NCBI GenBank assembly: GCA_035084275.1
Contig: CM068755.1
Coordinates: forward strand, 9,486,001 to 9,550,000
Direction: 5' to 3'
DNA from: Hydrolagus colliei
Lineage: Eukaryota
DNA: 64,000 nt
Position numbers and translations under genes: made by a program
Notes under the pieces: model-generated
What the model saw: the letters and a program-made list of their open reading frames with translations, nothing else
The model's database searches: none
Told to the model about the DNA's origin: nothing
Shown here: in pieces, positions 60,180-64,000 of the stretch
Numbering within the stretch: the stretch's first letter is position 1
Layout: each line of letters begins with the position of its first letter

Positions 60180-60282
60180 ACACAGTCAAGTCACTTTACA
60201 GTATAATCTGTGAAGCGCTTTGAGACGCCTGGAAGACATGAAAGGGGCTATGTCAAATGCAAAGATTATTATTTATTATTTT
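60180..60282 (+). mobile_element. SINE 3' tail fragment
   Basis: tgtgaagcgctttgagacg...tgtcaaatgcaaagattatt. Confidence 0.75.
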
Positions 60283-62450
60283 TATGTAAAACAAATTCCA
60301 ACAAGTGATGCTCCAACTTGAAGTATACGTCGAATGAATAAAAAGTGTAGCTTGTTTCAATAGCCTGTACTCAAAGAGCTAAACTACTGTTACACATATT
60401 TTCCAGAATCGCCTATATTTGCAATTTAATCAGAGGCACTGCTGTTCCATAATGACTCAATAAGTGACTAAATTCAGGAGTCAACAAAGTGAAGCAGAGG
60501 AAACACTTCCGATATGTGAAAACTATTCCAATGAGTATGAAATAATCTCTCAAGCACTAAACGTTATTTGTGCTGGTGTTCCCCAATTGCACCAAAGACT
60601 ATTGTTTTAATGAGCAGAATCAGGATTTGGGGTAATCAACAAAACTGAAAGGAACAGCTGGAGTTTTAAGAATTTGAGACATTTGGGATTGGTGTTCACC
60701 CGTGTACGAAAGCCATTTGTGGAGCTTCAGTCACACATGTGAAAGCTAACTCTTCACATTGTGTGCATGGTTTTCAACTGAACCATTCACAGCTGCACCA
60801 CAAGATATATAGTTACACTGTACATGAACGTCAAAACCATGTCCTTCCACAACCATTCATTTTTTTAAAAAAATTTTAAAAAGCAAAAAAAAAAGGAATT
60901 AACCATTTGCTTTCCTCAGTCAGGTTATCACTAACCGGTCTTTGGTAGATCTACAGTAGTCATTAATACTATTCCCACATTTCAAGATTTGTGAAGTCAA
61001 GAGGAGGCAAGCCAGATGGAGCACAAGCTTAAAACTCAATGAGAATTGCACATGTCAACAGTTTTAAATATGGGTACAACTGTAAATGTCCACTGGCTGA
61101 ACTGTGCTTAAGAGGTCAGTTCAACTCCGTATGTGAATGCCAAAGCATTCAGTGTTGCATGAGATTGCAAACTGCACACCTGCCAAGCGTCACTCTTTAA
61201 GAGTGACATGGAAATTATTTTGATAGGGTTTTAAAGTAAATAAAATGCCTTCTGCTTGACAAGCCCAAATTAAACATCACAATATGAAATATTGATAGCT
61301 CTGCAACAGATTATATCCAGATATTATCACATATTATTCACAAGTAATTTCTGAAATGGTTATGCAAAACAAGAAATTACTTCCAATACAGTATTGTGTA
61401 AATGGCAGAATTAAATGTACGTAAGAATGCGTTTCCAATTGTTCAGTTACAAACCATTTCAATGTGCCACTTGCTCAAAAGTGAATGCCCCTTGCCTTCT
61501 GTTTTCGGGTGAGACCAGGGTCAGATTTGGTAGCATATGTCTGACTACTGATCGGCCCTAAAGATCTCATATGGATAATGTGACTGAGGCACCTGTGAAC
61601 CTGTACTTCCATGATAGCTTTGGGACCAAATTACACATTTGAAAACCAGCACAAATCCAAATCACTGGTTCTGATTTTCGGAGGTGGTTCATATAAGGAA
61701 AGCAGGTGTCAAAGGCAATTAAAAAGGACAGTATTTTCTGCAGACCATAGTCAGAAGCATTGCATGGCCCTTTATACTTATAAAGCTGGTTTGCAGTCAT
61801 TACATTTTGAATGCCCTACATTTTCCACTCCATTTCGAAGTGCTTGATCTGTACAAAGCCAAAAATAACCAGTGAATATGGCAGAAATGTTGGTCTGCAG
61901 TGCATTAAATGTTTTTATATCACCAGTGTCCTGAACTTCCCCTCTCTTTGTTTTAAAAATACTCAGACTTTGTCCATCTAATCACATTGTTTCAGTTGCA
62001 TTTTGCGAATGAGTAAGCCTCAAACTGCCTAATGAACCAAGATGCTTAGGCTGCCAGAATGGCATGAAGAATACTGACTGCATAATGGATTAGCTGCTGC
62101 AAAAGGTCAGACAAGCCACAATTTCGCACATGAGCCATTCTCCCCCACTCTTTTTGCTTGTCCTAAAACATTTTTGGTACTTATTTAATTCAAAAAACAT
62201 GTGCAAATAAAGATTAACTCCATCACGTGAGAAGCATTAATGATGGTCTTCAAACTTATCCGTTCTTACCTTTATGGAATTGCTTCAAATCTGGACAATG
62301 CAGGTCAGATTGAATAACATTTCAATGGGATTGAGGTTTTAAAGGACATAATTCAGGAACATGTGACAGAAATGGTCTTGCATTCATGCCTCAAATTGCT
62401 TTTTAATATGCTATAAGATAATAAAATATTTCAACAGAAAAATATCCAAG

Positions 62451-62460
62451 CTAAAAATAG
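62451..62460. promoter_or_regulatory. MEF2 consensus site (a second at 63588-63597)
   Basis: CTAAAAATAG and CTAAAAATAA; motif match only. Confidence 0.25.
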
Positions 62461-63287
62461 AGTTGTGGAAGTTACAGATTTCATATCTTAATTGTTCCAA
62501 AGCACACTGACAGTTTTAAAGCTGTGTTTTCCAATGCGTAAGTGGCAATAAAGGGTACTTCACACTGGTCCTCAACCCCTTTTAAATCGGTTTTGGTTCA
62601 GTGTTTGAATATATCAGGCCTCCAAGTTAATTTCTAAAAGGCAAACATATCCCCTACCCTCCATTTTCATAAGTTCTTGCAACTCCAGTGGTCAATCACT
62701 GGCATGAGCAACACAAAAATTCTCAACCTTTCAAAACATTCGCAGTGCAATATTCTGTACCATGTAGCAGATGATCAGAATAATTTTCAGTCTGCACAAC
62801 ATATTCACTGTAAAGCTGATCGCCTGAAATAAAAGTTTTTTTTTGCTGCAATTCATTGCCAAGTGATGACAGAAAGAACTATAATAAATAACAATTAAAC
62901 AGTGAGTACATTGGAAAGGGAAGTCAAGTCTGGAGGGAACACCGCTATTTAATGTACACCTCCCAGAAATAACATGGGACATTTGAGGATATTTAGTGAA
63001 GTTATCAAAATGTTCAAGATTCAAAGATCACAAAGAGCCATTACTCCTCGTTCCTCTCCTGTGAGATTTTCCTTCCTTTCTGATGAGAATGACTGAAATC
63101 ACACAAGTACCTGAGTGACTTCACTCACTTATTTGGGGATAATCACCCAGGAAATAATGCAAAACTGGATTGGATAAATATAAAACTTTACAAACATGGG
63201 ATGTGGGGGACACAACGACGACGACAGGGAAATGGGGTTACGGAAATAGTTGTAGTCTGGGAGATGACAATAATAATAAAAGACCAG

Positions 63288-63392
63288 CCCTGCATTTGAT
63301 ATAGTGCCTTATCAAGTCTTTGAGAAATCTCAAATTACCTCACAGTATTTACTGTAAAATGAATTGATTGCATATTTGGTGGGAAAAATAGG
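63288..63392 (-). mobile_element. SINE 3' tail fragment
   Basis: Same family. Confidence 0.65.
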
Positions 63393-64000
63393 GCCAGCAC
63401 AGATATGATGAATCAAACCACGTCTTTTACTATGTTGTTAATGTTCCTGATCTGTTTTGAAGCATCTTTAGCTTGTACTTGCTCAGCTGTCGAGGAATAC
63501 ACAAGTGCATTTTGTTAGTAAGAGGGCCCTTGCATTAAATTACTCTGCCACACAGAATACTATCCAAATGTGCATTTGGAAACCAGGCTAAAAATAAGGC
63601 ACAGTGTCATCCAAGTAAGCAGCCAAGACTGTTAAAACTGCAATTCAAACCCAAGCCCTTTAACTGGGAACACTTCTGATTGCCAAAAATGTACAAGAGA
63701 TGAAAATCCAAGGCTGGGAATCCCTGAAATAGAACACTAAAGTGATCGACAGGATTCCTGATGGCGAGTATTTAGACTTCACCAAATGGATGCACTAGTG
63801 CAAAGGTCTGCATTTGTAGTATAAAAATGCTGCATCTGAGCTACAGTGACCCAAGACACTAGGCTGGCAGATGTTCTCACGGAATTTAAGATCTACCAAT
63901 GATACTTCATGTCACAATCCCAAAACGATTTCAATTCCATTTACACATTCAGTCTCAGCCAGAACACAATTTGTGCTTTCTTGCAAATTAAGGCACATGA

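Noticed and set aside
753-63392. Recurring cacagaatatactgtaaagtgaattgac motif as a CRISPR-like or regulatory repeat
   Set aside because: The copies are dispersed, irregularly spaced and diverged. They belong to a SINE tail in a eukaryotic genome.

Overview
This window is vertebrate genomic DNA, most likely from a cartilaginous fish (inferred from its tRNA-derived/Deu SINEs and L2/CR1 LINE fragments). It contains the complete coding region of talin-2 (tln2) on the minus strand. I traced 56 GT-AG coding exons by hand from ATG 52875 to TAA 4613. They sum to 7629 nt, or 2542 aa, the same length as human TLN2, with consistent phases at every junction. Intron 51 holds an intact mir-190 hairpin. The most striking observation is a site about 28 nt after the tln2 stop codon that is perfectly complementary to nt 2-14 of that same miR-190-5p (2-16 with one G:U), suggesting a host-gene/intronic-miRNA feedback loop. 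Other candidates are an upstream exon that would add a 27-aa in-frame N-terminal extension, hidden exons plus RBFOX/QKI motif clusters in the unusually long intron 39, and a recurrent breakpoint or insertion hotspot inside the dominant SINE family. No prokaryotic features or CRISPR arrays are present. Repeat coordinates are approximate.
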